Source: Trichoplax adhaerens | Lineage: Eukaryota; Animalia; Placozoa | Direction: 5' to 3' | Length of the DNA stretch: 64,000 nt | Assembly: GCF_000150275.1 (NCBI RefSeq) | Contig: NW_002060949.1 | Span: 519,861 to 583,860, forward strand | Shown: piece after piece, positions 39,270-53,905 of the stretch | How positions within the stretch are numbered: the stretch's first letter is position 1 | Layout of the letters: each line of letters starts with the position of its first letter | The notes under the pieces: model-generated | What the model was told of the DNA's origin: nothing | The model's input: only the letters and a program-made list of their open reading frames with translations | Databases searched by the model: none | Position numbers and translations under genes: made by a program

Positions 39270-40385
39270 TATACAGTACTGTACACTATACAGGACAGTA
39301 CCGTCTTGTGTACAAAAGGTGTCCACTGGTTGGCAACACTATATACAGTGTGCGGTATACAGTACAGGATTGAATACAGCACTGTACCATACTGCACAAA
39401 ATCAACTTTGCAGCTAGTGTAATTTGATGTCAATCGCGGAAAGTATAGTGTACTGTTTACAGACATGCAGAACACTTGAAATGACCGGTGAAATAATCAG
39501 CCTGGACATCATACAGTACTGTACTGTAATTAGTACAGTACAGTATAGTGAAAAACCGCTTGCTGTCCCGCCTCTTTCTTTTTACTAGTCGCCGAGGTAT
39601 GGTATTGTACACTGTACAGTATACAGTGTCTATTTTGGATTTTTTCCAATTTTGGGGTCACATTGGGAGTTGGAAAAGTGACGTTTCATAGACCTCGACA
39701 GTACTGTATACTGCACACTAGTACAGTACTGTACAGTACTACATGTACTGTACAATACGTGTGACTACGGATGCATTGCCCAGTTTTAGTACTGTACTGT
39801 AGTTCGGATAATGACAGTACTGTACAGTACGAAATTGGAGTGTACTGTACAGCAATGTTGTGCAATGCAGTGAAAAGGCAACCACAACCTGCTAAAACCC
39901 GATCCAATTGTTGATTTTCTAACGCGAAACGAGTGCAATCGCAAGCACTGTATGATGTCTGTATCACCACTGAGATTCTTAAGCCGAATCCCGCCCTCGA
40001 GTCGGTTTAAGCTTGACTTTGCACATCCCTACAGTGTACACTGTACAGTACACTAGAAAGTTACAGTACTGTACAATACTGTACACTGTAAATGTAATTT
40101 TAATTTATTTTACAGTACTGCACTGTACAGTACTATACAGAAGTCAATGACCAGCTCACAGTACAGTACAATAGCAGTATTGGTGAATGCAGTCGTAGTT
40201 ATACTGTCCTGTAAAACACCATTTACACTGTTAAAATAGTAATTCCGTTTCCGTACCGTTGCGTAAAATACAGTACTGTACAGTACAGTTTCATCTACAG
40301 TAGTGTACTGTAGCTATCGTCACGACAGTACAGGGTACATTGTACAGTACACAGTGTACACTGTACAGTACACAGTACTGTGGAT
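39270..40385. repeat. TACAG/CTGTA pentamer arrays in the divergent NIPBL-HMGCS region
   Basis: Examples: gtacagtactgtacagtac at 39721 and tacagtactgtacagtacag near 40269. Confidence 0.95.
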
Positions 40386-40478
40386 CATAGCTCAACCAGC
40401 TATTGTACTGAATCTACTCGTGCTCTTTACTCTTTTATTAGGTGCACGACGTCCAGTACGGTGCTTCTACCTTCTTTT

Positions 40479-40752
40479 GTGGTGTGACCCACCTTGTGAC
40501 CTTTACAAGCAGCGATTTTGCTTTTAAGACAGGGTGGGCTGATTCGCCTGAAATCCATTTGCACAGCTGCATGCTTGAAGAAGCTGAAGGTAAAAGCTAC
40601 TGGCGGTAGGTACCCCCAAAATGGTATATTACTGCATATAGGTAGTATTGCATAGGCTAATTGTAAGCAGGCACTGTTTCAAATTGCTTTGCATTTTCTT
40701 CTACTGTAAATTGCAAGTTTATTTTATTGATTCATTTCCGATATGGCGTGAC
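40479..40752 (-). promoter_or_regulatory. Sterol-regulatory-element-like sites at HMGCS: GTCACACCAC (40488-40479), ATCAGCCCAC (40543-40534), GTCACGCCAT (40752-40743)
   Basis: Two sites fit the SREBP motif RTCACNCCAY exactly. The third is one mismatch from ATCACCCCAC. All lie next to a canonical SREBP target gene. Confidence 0.55.
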
Positions 40753-40809
40753 CTCAACTTATCCGATATTATCTGTCGAAAATTGTGATTAGATAAAAGC
40801 ACAAGGAAG

Positions 40810-43800
40810 ATGGCAAATAATGGCAATATTGGGCGGCCTCAAAATGTCGGTATAGTAGCGATAGAGGTATATTTTCCAAATTATTATGTCAATCAGGCAG
40901 AGTTGGAAGCACATGATGGCGTTGCTGCTGGCAAATATACCATTGGATTGGGCTTAAATAATATGGGCTTTTGTAGCGATCGTGAAGATATCAATTCCCT
41001 TTCTTTGACGGTCATGCAAAGATTAATGGAACGAAATAATCTATCGTACGATCAGATTGGACGATTAGAAGTCGGTACTGAGACCATTGTTGATAAGTCC
41101 AAGTCGACAAAAACGGTCTTGATGCAACTCTTTAAAGATAGTGGTAATAGTGAAGTAGAGGGAATCGATACAACGAATGCATGCTATGGCGGAACCAACG
41201 CCTTGTTCAACTCAATCAATTGGGTTGAAAGTAACTCTTGGGACGGTATGTTGATCAATACTCAATAGTCATGACTCGATAACCATTTACATTTTTAAAA
41301 ATATCATTTTTGAAGGAGTTTGTTTTTTGTGCGTGTGCTACACTCCAAGTTTATGGACAGGATCTATTTCCTTTTCTCACCTTTTCTACTTCATAGTCCT
41401 CGCGATCGTACAAGCACATCTCCATCGATTTTACCCACATTGCCAAATAAACTAAAATTGATATAATTAGCCATATTGCAATTTTAGTTACGGCAATAGA
41501 TCGTTTTGTCGTTCAAGGGAAAAACTACAATACCAAGCAGTAACGTAGACGTCAGCAATTGAATATTTAATGCACAGTTTGCGCACACTGGATGAGTGTT
41601 AGATCGATGCCAGAATTTTTCCATTTGGTATTTCTATTGCAAATTATAATTTTAAACATATCAGGAATGTAGCTGTTATTGATTTATAGTTATAACATTG
41701 GAAGAAGACGCACAATATAGGCCACATTGTTACACTTTACATTTTTGTTACATTTTTTTTTCCAAGGTAGATACAGTATATACTGTACTTCTAGCCTACA
41801 GGGCCATGAAGGACTAAATCACATGATAATCTAGTTTAGTAATCCATGCCAGGACTAAGGGGTACTTGGCCACTTCACGTTTGAGACATCATTTAATAAC
41901 TCGCAGGAAAGGAATGGAGTACCAGTTCGTAGTTCTTACAAATTTAACGGATAGTACGCATAGAAATTACATTGCACTGTACATTTATTTCAAATTACTA
42001 ATTTATTTACTGTCAATAATAAATCTGTTGGGATAAAATTTATACAGTATTGCCCTAATAGGGCATTGTTTAAAGTCAGCTTTAATTTAATGCACGCTAC
42101 TGTACAATACTTTACAATTTGGAGTAGTGGCACAAAGGCAGATCTCCTTATGCATCCTCATGTTGCAAATGATTACTGCTAAAAGGTTGAAGATTAGCAT
42201 GCAATGTGTAACTCACCATTCGAACAGCTCTCGCTTTGTTGTTTCCCAATCGTTCAAGCCCGATGAAAGAAAAATAAATAAAAAATATTTATATAGTGCA
42301 TACATACTAGCTAATTATGTTCTATACATATAAAGTAGCATGTAATTATAACGAAAAACTTTGAAAAGAATTTTTTTCTGCAATGACACAACAAGAGAGC
42401 AGAGCGTTAAGTTTCTTTAATTACAATTTACATATGAGTATAGCAAACTTCTCATATTACATCATACATATACTACAAAACAATATATTGCACATGGTAA
42501 ACCATCGTACACGTATTCGTATTCATAAAATTTTATACCGTGTAAGATTGAAACAATTTGCTCATTGATTGTTATCAGTTATTAACCCATCGAACAGTAG
42601 CGATATAGTCATTAAGCAGTCATGCATTGTTGTAACGATTAATATTGATGATGTCCGCGTAATAGTTTTGGATACTGAATGTCATATTGCTTGAAAATCC
42701 AGAAATGATAAGCAATCTACTGTAACTTACAGTACCCTATCTTTCAATCTATTTAAACCATCTGATTCAATATTGTCGCCAGAGGATGTCTTCATACGTA
42801 ATTCTACATCACAGCAATGACACACCTAGGTGTGCTGTTGTCATGTCAACTATTCTTAATTAGTTTATATAAGAAATTAATCCAGTACTAAACGGTTTTA
42901 ATCAATAATAATAAAACCTATATATACAGTACAGCTGATGTTCCGCAATATAAAAAACGTATACGCGTGTAACACATTTAATGCATAAAGTTAAAAAATT
43001 CAATTTTTGATCATTGATACAGTATACTGCTTGTTTTTACTTTATATAGGGCGTTATGCTGTAGTTGTATGTGGCGATATTGCGATATACTCGGTCGGCA
43101 GTGCTCGTTGTACAGGCGGTGCCGGTGCCTGCGCGATGTTGATAGGACCCGATGCCCCAGTTGTAATGGAAAGTAGTAAGTACTTTTAGTTAAGTATATT
43201 CTTCAAGCGTATTCATTCTATAAATTATACACCGTAATATAAATATGTAATGACTATCACTGATGTACGCGTTCAAAATGCCCCTGCTCAATGTTAGTAA
43301 TATATTGTGTGTTCATAAATAATCATTAAAAGTTACTGTTGTTATTGCTATGTCAAAATATGCTCTCTAAATAATATCGTTTTCTTATATTTACGCAACT
43401 GAAAGGATTAAGAGGTTCTCACATGCAGCATGTTTATGATTTCTACAAGCCAAATATGACTTCGGAATATCCAACTGTCGATGGTAAACTATCCCTAACT
43501 TGCTACACAACATCGGTAGATAAGTGCTATCAACGTTATAAGGATAAAGCTGCTACAATACTGAATAAAAAGTAAGCAAGATACACTAATTACTTTGTTA
43601 CATTACTTATTAAATATTGATGCAGAAATACTCATATATTATTATACTAAGTGATTACTGTTCCCTTCATATTCTTACAGGATAACGTTAGATACGTTTG
43701 ATAAGTTTTGTTTTCATTCACCCTTCTGTAAACTGGTTCAGAAGTCCGTCGGTAGGATAACTCTTAATGATTTCTTGATTGATCCTGAAAGATACATCGC

Positions 43801-44717
43801 AGAATTTCCTGAATTACAGAACCTGAGGTTAACATATCATTGTTTAGCCCTGTAGTAATGGTTTTTAATCCATTATTTAAAGCATAAAATAAAATAGCAA
43901 TCTATCTTTTGTACGTAGGGATGTCAAAATAGACGAAACTTATACTGATAAAAACATTGAAAAAACTTTCGTAACAGTTAGCAACAATTCTTTCAAGCAA
44001 AAAACTAAAGGATCTTTACTTTTAGCTGGCGAAGTCGGAAATATGTATACAGCATCACTTTATGGTGGATTGGCATCGCTTTTTGCTATGTAAGTGTGAT
44101 AATTGATAATAAAAACTATTATTGGAGTCCCTTCTTGAAGTCATTGCTAGTCATTAAACTCATAAAGTAGAATAGTCAAAATAAAAATTGAATCATCTCT
44201 TTATTCGAAAAAGCTAATAGCTAAGGAAAGATTTTAATTATCAAATTTTGTAATATAAAACCTAGCTCCTCTGCCGAAACATTAGCTGGTAAACGCATAG
44301 GAATGTTCTCTTATGGGTCTGGTTCTGCAGCGACTTTATACTCATTTCGTGTAGTCGATGACGCTACAAACTCTAAGCTTATAAATATCATAAACAATGC
44401 TGCTGATATCCCTGCGAGACTTGAATCACGCAAGAAGGTACTCGCAATTAATAAAATTATTGTTACATTTTTGCTTTGAATCGTGTGTAATTCTATTTTT
44501 AATTTTTATCAATAACTACATGGTATATTGATAGGTATCACCTGACGATTTCGTCAAGACTCTAGCTATTCGCGAGGACAATCATTCGTCGAACAATTAT
44601 TCACCTGTTGGTAGTACAGAGGACTTGTGTCCAGGCACTTATTACCTCGCTCACGTAGATGATATGTATAGGAGGAGGTATGAAAGAAAACCATTGCAAA
44701 ACAGCAATGGAATTTAG
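40810..44717 (+). CDS. HMGCS1: Hydroxymethylglutaryl-CoA synthase, cytosolic type, multi-exon
   Basis: [36 protein letters not shown], catalytic [57 protein letters not shown]. No mitochondrial presequence. Stop TAG at 44715-44717. Confidence 0.97.
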
Positions 44718-46208
44718 TATATGCAAATTTAAGCAGTTAGAGTACTGATCTACTCTGAAGTGTCGTAGCTATTTTCTTTACGTAGTCTTGAAGGAATTTA
44801 TTAATTACTATTGACTGAAATGACAATGTTCCTATCGCTATTAATCGTCGTACGGTCATTTTTAACAGTAAAAGAAATGGGAACACCGGTTTGTAGTATT
44901 TAATGCCTGTTTGTGACTTTTTCACTTTTTAACTCGATTTTGGTCTTAATTTTATATCACTTTCCGTATAATTTTATAGGACTAGGCATAGAGAATTACG
45001 CGTATATTTGCTTGGTCATATTAAATGCAGTTTATTAACGTATTCTTTGATTTTCTCATTTTTATGCACTCTTTATGCACGCTTATTGATTGTATCATTC
45101 TTAATTGCTTAGTATTTTATTACATTTACAGTTTAGGCAGGTTTCCTTAAATATGTAATAGCTACTTTGGATTGTTAAGTGAATGCAGCTACTATATTCG
45201 CACTAGACATATAATTTAGGCCTTTTATTGTATTAGCAATAAAGCTCTGACTGATTTACTCTTGAATTCTAAATGTCCATTTTGTGTATCAGTCGCGACA
45301 ATAACTATAAATATTTACAATTCCTTTAATTATCATCATTGTATATATATGTTACATATGATGTAAGTACAGGAAACCGAAACGTATCATTAATTAATTG
45401 AAATATTGAATCAAAAAATTTGAAGACTGCTATCTACATTTATCGCTGAATTTTATACTCCTACACTTCGTTTTAGAAACGTGTTGTACGCGTAGTTTGC
45501 GCATCGATACAGTTACAGAACTAACACTATCAGATGACCGACCCCTTGAGAATTGATGTAGAACAAGGTAACAAACCTCAAAAAAGGTAGCTTACAATAT
45601 GTGCGTCTGTGCTTGTGTAGAGTACTTTACGTACGTAGACGGATAGTTCATGAAACATCCATGTAATCCATAAACCGAATTAACAACGTAGAAGCCATTG
45701 AATTAAACAAAATCTGGCGTGTCATAAAAAATTATATAAAATAAAATAATTATCGTGACACAGTAAAGAAAAAACATTAATTTAGAAAAAGTAATCGGGA
45801 ACATTGCACAGTACCATACGACCCATAAGTACCGTCATGGACTACAACAAAAAAAGACTTTTAGTCTATCTTTAGTAGTTCGTAGTACCGTACAAACAGT
45901 ACGAGGATCAGATATAGGCGTACCTATCTACTGGCACTTGCGCGTATGAAGTGCACTTATATCGAATCTTCTGAATTTTTAAGCTTTTTCACTACCGCAG
46001 CAAAGTGTAAATGATTACGGATGAAAGTCATAGGCAATAGAGCCAAAATTGGAACTTAAATAAAAAATTTGACATATTTTATAGATATTGTACACTATTA
46101 TATAATGTACATTTGTACAGTATGTGGCATGAAGGTAGTTCGTATCAACTAGATGTTGCTAAAACTCGATACGACTATTTATCTCGACATCAGTGATCTC
46201 AGGATTAA

Positions 46209-49200
46209 TTAATTTTCTTTGGTCTCCATACTGGCTCCACAGTCAAATATCATTCTAATGCCAGATAAGATATTTTCTCTTCGTTGATCATCAATACAGC
46301 TCATTTTTGACCTTAACGATGAAATCATCTAGACGAAAATAAAACACAGCAGACGAGTCTTTCATAATCTTGTAAAATGCGAAGTACTGATAAACCCTAG
46401 CTACTATTACGTATGGAAAGTTACCTTGTCAAGGATTAACTCATTTTCATTTTTGCAGCTTCGCTGAAGTAAATCAATGACGCTTAAAGAAATTTTTGTA
46501 CAATGAAAAACACGTTACCAACTGATTTTCATCAGAGTGTGAAAATATTGACTAAATAAAATATAGCACAGGTTTATCAGAATACATACCAACGATTATC
46601 CTTATACTTTACAATCAGGTCTTCAATGATTTGAACGTAATCGTTCTCCTCAAAGTCATTCATAGGTAGGTTGAATTGATAAGGTATTTCTGTAACAAAT
46701 GGTAAATAAAAAGTGACATGAAGTAATTTTTAAAGTCATAACAATTAATCATCAATTGTTTACAATATCTTAACTACCTAGCACCTTACATTAACTTATT
46801 ATTAATTTCTATGTCTCCAAGAATGACAGTATTAATGTATCGATAGTAAACAGTTACCAAAGTCATGCAGCTTCAAGTTCTGATTATTAACAATAACTAA
46901 TAATTGATCGTTGCACACTATCTCAAGCTGCCATTATCATTAAACTTTACTCCTCACAGCTAGAACTTACTAAGATTATCCGTTTTATCCATTTTATCTC
47001 CAATCATTAAACATGTAATACTGGATTCGTGTGTTACAAGTTGTCTATAGTATGGACTAATAATAACTCCAACGAAGGGAGCTCCACCCTGAGCAAACCA
47101 GTCCTAAATAATTTCGTATTACGACATTAATTATGCATAAAATTTAGTGCAATACTAAAATTGAATGAATTATATAATTATTGAGAGCAAACCTGATATT
47201 TTGACTGCGTTTCAATATCTCTTATGGAAGGAATAGGAGAAAAATACGGATGTGAATGATACCAACCAACTACAGAGTATCCACGGTTGCATAGTTCGGT
47301 AAAGGCTTCCGTCTGTGAAACTATCAAGGCACACAATGTGAAATATTGAAAATGAAAGTGCGTAACAAATACTAATGCAATACTTACCAGAGTCCATTTC
47401 ACACTGCACCTCCGTACTTAAGCTTTCACAAGGCTCGGCTCTCAGTATCTGAATTCGCAAGAATTTTTTATATTAAATGACCTTATTGTGTATTAGATGT
47501 ATGGTGTTATAGAGCTTCTCACCTTTAGCTCTTTTTGTTCGCAACTATATCTTCCCCCCAATAATCCAATTACTTCTGTCCCACAGAGATGAGAATGCTA
47601 CCGCAGAAAAAGCAATTAATGGCGTTTTAAGTCTGATGTCAAAACAACTGATTAAATAGGTATTTTGCAATAAAATGACTATCCGATGTGCCGGTAGCCT
47701 TACCACTTCCATGACAAGTAAAGCATCAATGCTGATAGAAACTTGGAAAGGCTAAATTTTAAGTAAAAAGTGTAAAATTATACCAAGACTCAATTGACAT
47801 GACTGTCAATGATAAAGAGTCAGATGATGATTACCTCGCTACCGCTATCAAATTTTCGACATGGAATTAAATTAAATGGATTGTAGCTACGAAAAAACTG
47901 GCTAGTTAGATCATACTCCAGAAAAATACATGCATCTTATACTTCATGTTATGCAAAATACTGTATTAATAAAAATTTCGAGTATAGTACTACAAAAATT
48001 TTGCTAGTTTACCTCTGATATGATGTGGATCGCCTAGATTTAATCCTACTATAAAATATTAACAAAAATATAAATCTGCAGCCATTAATTTTGAATTCAC
48101 AGAAACCTAAATGTTCGCAAATACTTAACACTACTTTGAAGAAATACCTTGCTCCACCTTCAGTTTCAGCTTCACTCGAATCTTTTGAAATCTGAAAAAA
48201 ATTTTCAAGAAATTTACATATAGCAGAATTAGCACAATTAAATAATCTACTAGCGATCTACCTCATAGTCTGGCATCACTGAATGTTGATCGTTATTTAC
48301 ACATTTCCCCGCAGACCTTTTTCTAAGTCTCTATTATAATATTACATAACGGTATATAGAAGCATTATCTTACAGAAATAAACCAAAATAAGGTTTATGG
48401 ATTATCCTTACATTGATGTCAAATGAAGCCAGACTATCACTATTCTCTAAAGTTTTAACATCTTTATCTGGAGAAAAAGAAAAGTAGTCTATTATACAGA
48501 TTCAAGTAAATTCCATGAATGAAGAAAGTTACTGTACTTACCTTCTAAATTAACTAATTGGCATCCGCTTCTTATATTATTTCTGCGCCGAGCTTCTATC
48601 GGAAGGAGAGCAGGTATATGTATATTGTTATGCGTATACAAAACGGTATCCAGTCATGAATATAGAAACCCTCAGCAGGTCAAAGCATTTCTAGGGAAGG
48701 TTTTTATTTTAGTTTATATTTATCCTACCTATTCCCACGTTGATTGCTCCAATTTGTTCTAAGAAACAGTGAACACGACCGATAGCATTTACATCCCCAC
48801 AATTGCGTAAACCAACACGTAGAGATGTCTTATTTAAGTAACTAGGTTGGCATTTATCCCTAAATAATTTATGCGTAACATATTTATGTTTACGTCTAAA
48901 TTACTTGAAATAATTTACGTTAATTTACAGTGTTCACAAATAGAACTCCTACTTAGATCAGCATCTATCGCAATCATACTAATCATGTGAGCTTATAAGA
49001 TCACTACATATATTCTATCGCAAATGGGTCTTACCACGCATCCAAAATATAATTTCTAATTTTTTGGTATCTTTCTGGAGTTTTTGAAGATCTGCCTAAG
49101 AAAAATTCTCTGTTCACAATTTTCTCCACTTCTTGAATACAGTTACGTTCAATTACAAAATCGTCCTAATATGTAAAAATTTAATGGATAATTAAGAATT

Positions 49201-52200
49201 GATTTATGCATGCATGTCAATGCCAATTGAAAAAGAGATGTAACATGTTAAAAATTCCGTTTACGTATCAACTATATTTTTGAAACTAATAATTTATTAC
49301 CAAATCCTGTAATTCTAGATCCTGATTTACAGAGTTGTTATCATCGCCAAAATATTTTAAACTTTGATCATTTCCTTGAGCTTCTTCACAGTTGATATCA
49401 TCAGCAGTATCAACTTTGTCTAAAATTCTGTTTCTATCTACTCGTAATTAGAAGTAGATGATTTTTAAAAGTTGTCTTAATTTATGTTGTAGCATTAGTA
49501 AAATATTTACCATTATCGAAGTCCGAAATTGGAGTTTCAATATTATCACTTTCAAGTTCGTGCGGAGAACTCGACTCGCCATCTAAAATTTCAGTTGCAG
49601 GATAGTCTTTTAGTCTAGATTCACTACATACACGGATATTGACAACACAAGCTGATTGTTCAAGATCTTCACTGTTAGTTATATCGGTGATTAGACTCTT
49701 AACTTCGGATTTGCTATCGCTCTGATTATCGAATATTTGATCATTGATTTCACTTTTAAGTTTATTGTCTCCAACATCTGTTTGGGGCTTCTCTGGTGGA
49801 CTTTGTTCATTTGCCTTAATTAATTTAAACCCGTCCCGATTAACGTATTATTATAATTATTACAACGGCGATCTAAAATTTTAGCTATTATTCTATTGAT
49901 TATTTTACGAACATCTTCGGACTCGGTCGAAACATCGCTACTTATTCCAGCTGCTTCCAGCAATTTTTCATAGACATCTTTTGAAGAGGTAGAATTTACT
50001 ATATGATAACAGAGATAGTGTAAGCGTTTATAAAACTGTGTTGTATATGTTTATTCAACTAACAAGACAAAGTATGGATTTATACCGGCAGTAAACATTG
50101 ATACTTAAATCAGAAGTTTTCGACGATAAGCAAAACAAATTCCCGTAAGTAAAAAGTTAAATAAACACTAACTCCCACTGTAATCTTCAATGTCAATTTC
50201 TTCATCACTTTCTCGAGGATCAGAAACAATTGTCGCTTTACGTTCAGCCTTCGGATTAGTTTCCTTAGTCTGATCAGATATTAATCACATGTATTTAAAT
50301 TTTAGGTATTCATGATGACAGCAGTCGTAATCGACGAATTACAGGGCTATTACCTTCCGTTTAAGGTAATATTTGCAATAATTTTTAACTTGAGTAGCCG
50401 TTCTAGAGCCAACCATCTTAGCAACTTTGGTCCAACATTTACCGTATCTTTTCTATGATGTAAATTTTAAATACTGATTGATACAATAAATGATAACTTA
50501 AACTAAACTAGTACAATCGATAGTTAAGTACTGTATATACTTACCAATCCTTCATCGAGCAATTTCCTTTCTTCTAAACTCCAGTGCTTTTTTACTGGCT
50601 GATTAGGACATCTAGAGATACATCTATCTATTAATCGCTTCAAAAGTAACAGCTTTGACTAAATACTTAAACTTACAGTTTATTGTGTGAATTTAAAGTT
50701 TGTCTTCTGCCTGAAATCAAAAAGATATTGTTTACATGCGAGAAATATCCTACTAAAATAACCTTCAGTCACTCTTCAAGACTTCTGTATTTTATTAGTA
50801 ATTTCTTTAAAATTTAAACTAGCACAGAATCTTAACTGATTTTAATATTATTTCTAAGCTAATACTTACCTTTCATTTTTTTAGAAAGAGTGTTTATGTC
50901 TCTTATTTTTATAGACTCGGAATTTTTCGATTGCCTTACTTTCTTTTTGTCTAAATATTTCCTAAAATTGTAAGGATAATATTAAAATTTTCACAAATGT
51001 AATGAGCGGTGTCATATACTTATTGTATTAAAAATAGCCTAACATAAAATTATAATATTTCTCCCAAAAGTAACTCATCAGTACCTTTCTTCCTTGATCA
51101 TTTTATCAGCTAAATATTTACTTTCTGATGTTGTACCGGTTGTATTATCAATAATCCAAGCCTGTCATAAATAGATATGTAATGAACACTTAATATGGAT
51201 AGAGTATGCGACATCATTTGCAAATATCTCCAAAGCAGGGTATAGTGCGTAATAACTCAAGACAGACAATATTTACGGGTAATAATTCTAAACTTTTGCT
51301 ATCTTGCAGTATAATAACCACACATATTTTGACGTTTTATTCGCTTTATCAATGGCCTACTCAGTCTTACAAACGAAATTGCGCAATGCAGTACAGACAT
51401 CACCGTGATAACGCACTGCCAGTGTACGATGTTGTCACCGTGCAATTTCAATCATTAAAGTTGAAAGAATGAAAATACGATAATCAAAAATCAGCATAAC
51501 ATACAGAATGACTTACAGTGTAATCCCATGATGAAAATTCTGGAAATTCAGGTAGAGGATGATTGGTGTTATCTAACAGATAATTTCTGTCAACACTACA
51601 TAAAAACAATATTCAATTATGTTACCAATTATAAATATACTTCTCCCAGCATTATAGACAGTCAATTCCTGATATACAGAGATTCATAACTCGTATAAAA
51701 GATGCACTTTCAAGAGTATTAATTAATGCCTGGTTGCATTGAATAGTAAGTCTTAAAATTTCTGGCTTATGGAGAGCAACTGATGCCTTTAATGACGACT
51801 ACTATCACGGTAAATTCAAGGCATTAAATCGCTCTGTAACTTAAGTGCAATTATGCAAAGTAATACTCCGGTAAAGAGAATTAATTAATGGGATATTAAC
51901 TGCCAGTTGCTACGTAGCGAAGATGAGAGCGTACCATACGCGCAAATTGTAGATGCCATTAGTATCATCTAGAATAGTTAGAAAATTTCGGAATAACTTG
52001 TTCGACAAGTGTGTACTTCACATAGAACAGCCCTGAGATGTACACAGCCTATTTGATATATAGATTCAAACTTTTCATACATGTAGGCACGTACGCATAT
52101 TACTGAATTTTAAGGGAATTTCAAAACTATATCATGTAATTATACGCGTATTATAAATATTAAATCATACTATTAAATCTATTCCTCTTTGCCCGAACAA

Positions 52201-52704
52201 GTTTACCCAACGCAACCTAAGTCGAATACATACGATACCTCTGTATATGAATTTATGAACCCTTCGTGACTTTATTATACTTTGACTAATCTAAAGGTTA
52301 GGTCTGAATACAGAAAATTATTCTTATTTACAGATTCATCAACATAGCGATAGATACATGATTTACAGTAGCGAGAGAGCCCGCGGAATCACTGCTTCAC
52401 TATTTTGGACAAAGGATTACGCATAGAATCTATAGCTGCAATAAAGTCAGAAAGCCATATCTCTAACAATATTCTATTTTATCGGCAAAATAAGTAAATA
52501 AAGTATTGACTGTTTAACTTACTACACAATATCCATTAGGTCTGATTAATTATCCATTCAGCTATTTGACTTTATCATCCGATTTACAAAGACTTACACA
52601 GAGTTCTCTCCACTCGGATCCTCGAAATAATTTCGGATATCCAATGAACTACTGTCTAATTCTTCAATATCAACGAGTTCTTCATCAAATTCACTGGAAT
52701 CCAT
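46209..52704 (-). CDS. MYSM1: Histone H2A deubiquitinase MYSM1 (SANT, SWIRM and MPN/JAMM domains), multi-exon
   Basis: [17 protein letters not shown]|[48 protein letters not shown]...[38 protein letters not shown]...[23 protein letters not shown]. Confidence 0.95.
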
Positions 52705-53319
52705 TGTGGCAGAAAGTAGAGATTATACGTTGAAAAGTTTTACAAATAAATATTACTTGTAGCCAAAGGCTTTAAATCCCTTGTAATAAGTTGATCAATG
52801 CGTGTTTACAGTAGGAGCAAGTGCCTGTATACGAGGCTAATCAGCATGCCGTCGTTTGTGTAGAGTTACTGTAATGTCCACATAAAGCAGAGAATGTTGT
52901 GTATTACAGGAATTGAACTTGGATGTTACTCTATTCCAGCATAAAGGATAGAAGAGAATTCTTAATTTCTAGCTAAATTAGCATGAACAAGTTTATGAAA
53001 TACTGGACGCAAAACTGTTGTTATCATTTCCAAAATACCTGATCCATACAGCGTTCCCTTAATGCCTCCATCTTAAGTTGTTCGATGTTTTCAATCAAGG
53101 GCTAAACCAATTAATATTATACATTGTAAAAGCCTAAGAAGGATAAAAGGTCTAATTCTTCTTTGTCCACGAATAATCAATTTTTCAAGGCTTATAGCGT
53201 AGAATTTATAATTAATACACGTTAAAGATCCATATTTTGTTTTGCAAATTATTTAGTTAGTAAATCCTCTTTGACACTGCTTGCAAGACCGAGCGCAAAT
53301 AGAGACAGACGGAGAATCC

Positions 53320-53905
53320 CATGTACTGTACGTAACACTCATACTAGACGTGTCTCATACCAGGGCCTCCATGACAACTTTCTCTATTAACTCCTGGTCA
53401 TACCCGATGATCGTTAACTGTTTCTATTGGAGGTACAGTACTGTACAACTCAGTACAAGAGCATACTGTTACTGTACAGTACAGTACACGATATACAGTA
53501 CTCACGGATTAAAAGTACTGTACAGTGTACAGTACAGTACCGTATTTTTGTACTACTGCATACCGTACAGTACAGTACTGTATGCCGTCTGATGTAAAAA
53601 CTGCACTGAAACCTTTTCTGTACAGTGCACAGTAGTACAAATCAGGTACGGTACTTGTACTGTGCTACAGTACAAGTCTACAGTACCTTGCACACTCAAT
53701 CTTAGGATTGACCAAATTCGGGTTGGACCATAACTGTACTGTATGGCACTGGCTGACAGCACCCGCCCGAAAATTCAAGTATCAAGCAGTTTCCTGGTAC
53801 TATCAACATACTGTACAACAATAATAAATGTACAGTTTGGTGGTAGTTTTCACAGTAATATAAAAGTTTTAAGCTGTGATAGGTACAGCATTACTGTACT
53901 GTATT
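53320..53905. repeat. TACAG/CTGTA pentamer array upstream of MYSM1
   Basis: Examples: gtactgtacagtgtacagtacagtac near 53515 and gtacagtacagtactgta near 53565. An AT tract lies at about 53925-53960. Confidence 0.93.

Noticed and set aside
39570-39660. TTTTACTA segment plus AATTTTGG, reminiscent of U5 snRNA
   Set aside because: The invariant loop GCCTTTTAC and the flanking stem are absent.
3397-41870. Shared 11-mer AAGGGGTACTT in a GAK intron and HMGCS intron 1 as a possible MITE end
   Set aside because: Too short, with no paired terminal repeats or target-site duplication visible.
47379-50872. ATACTTACC matches to the U1 snRNA 5' end
   Set aside because: They are the reverse complements of MYSM1 splice donors (G|GTAAGTAT).
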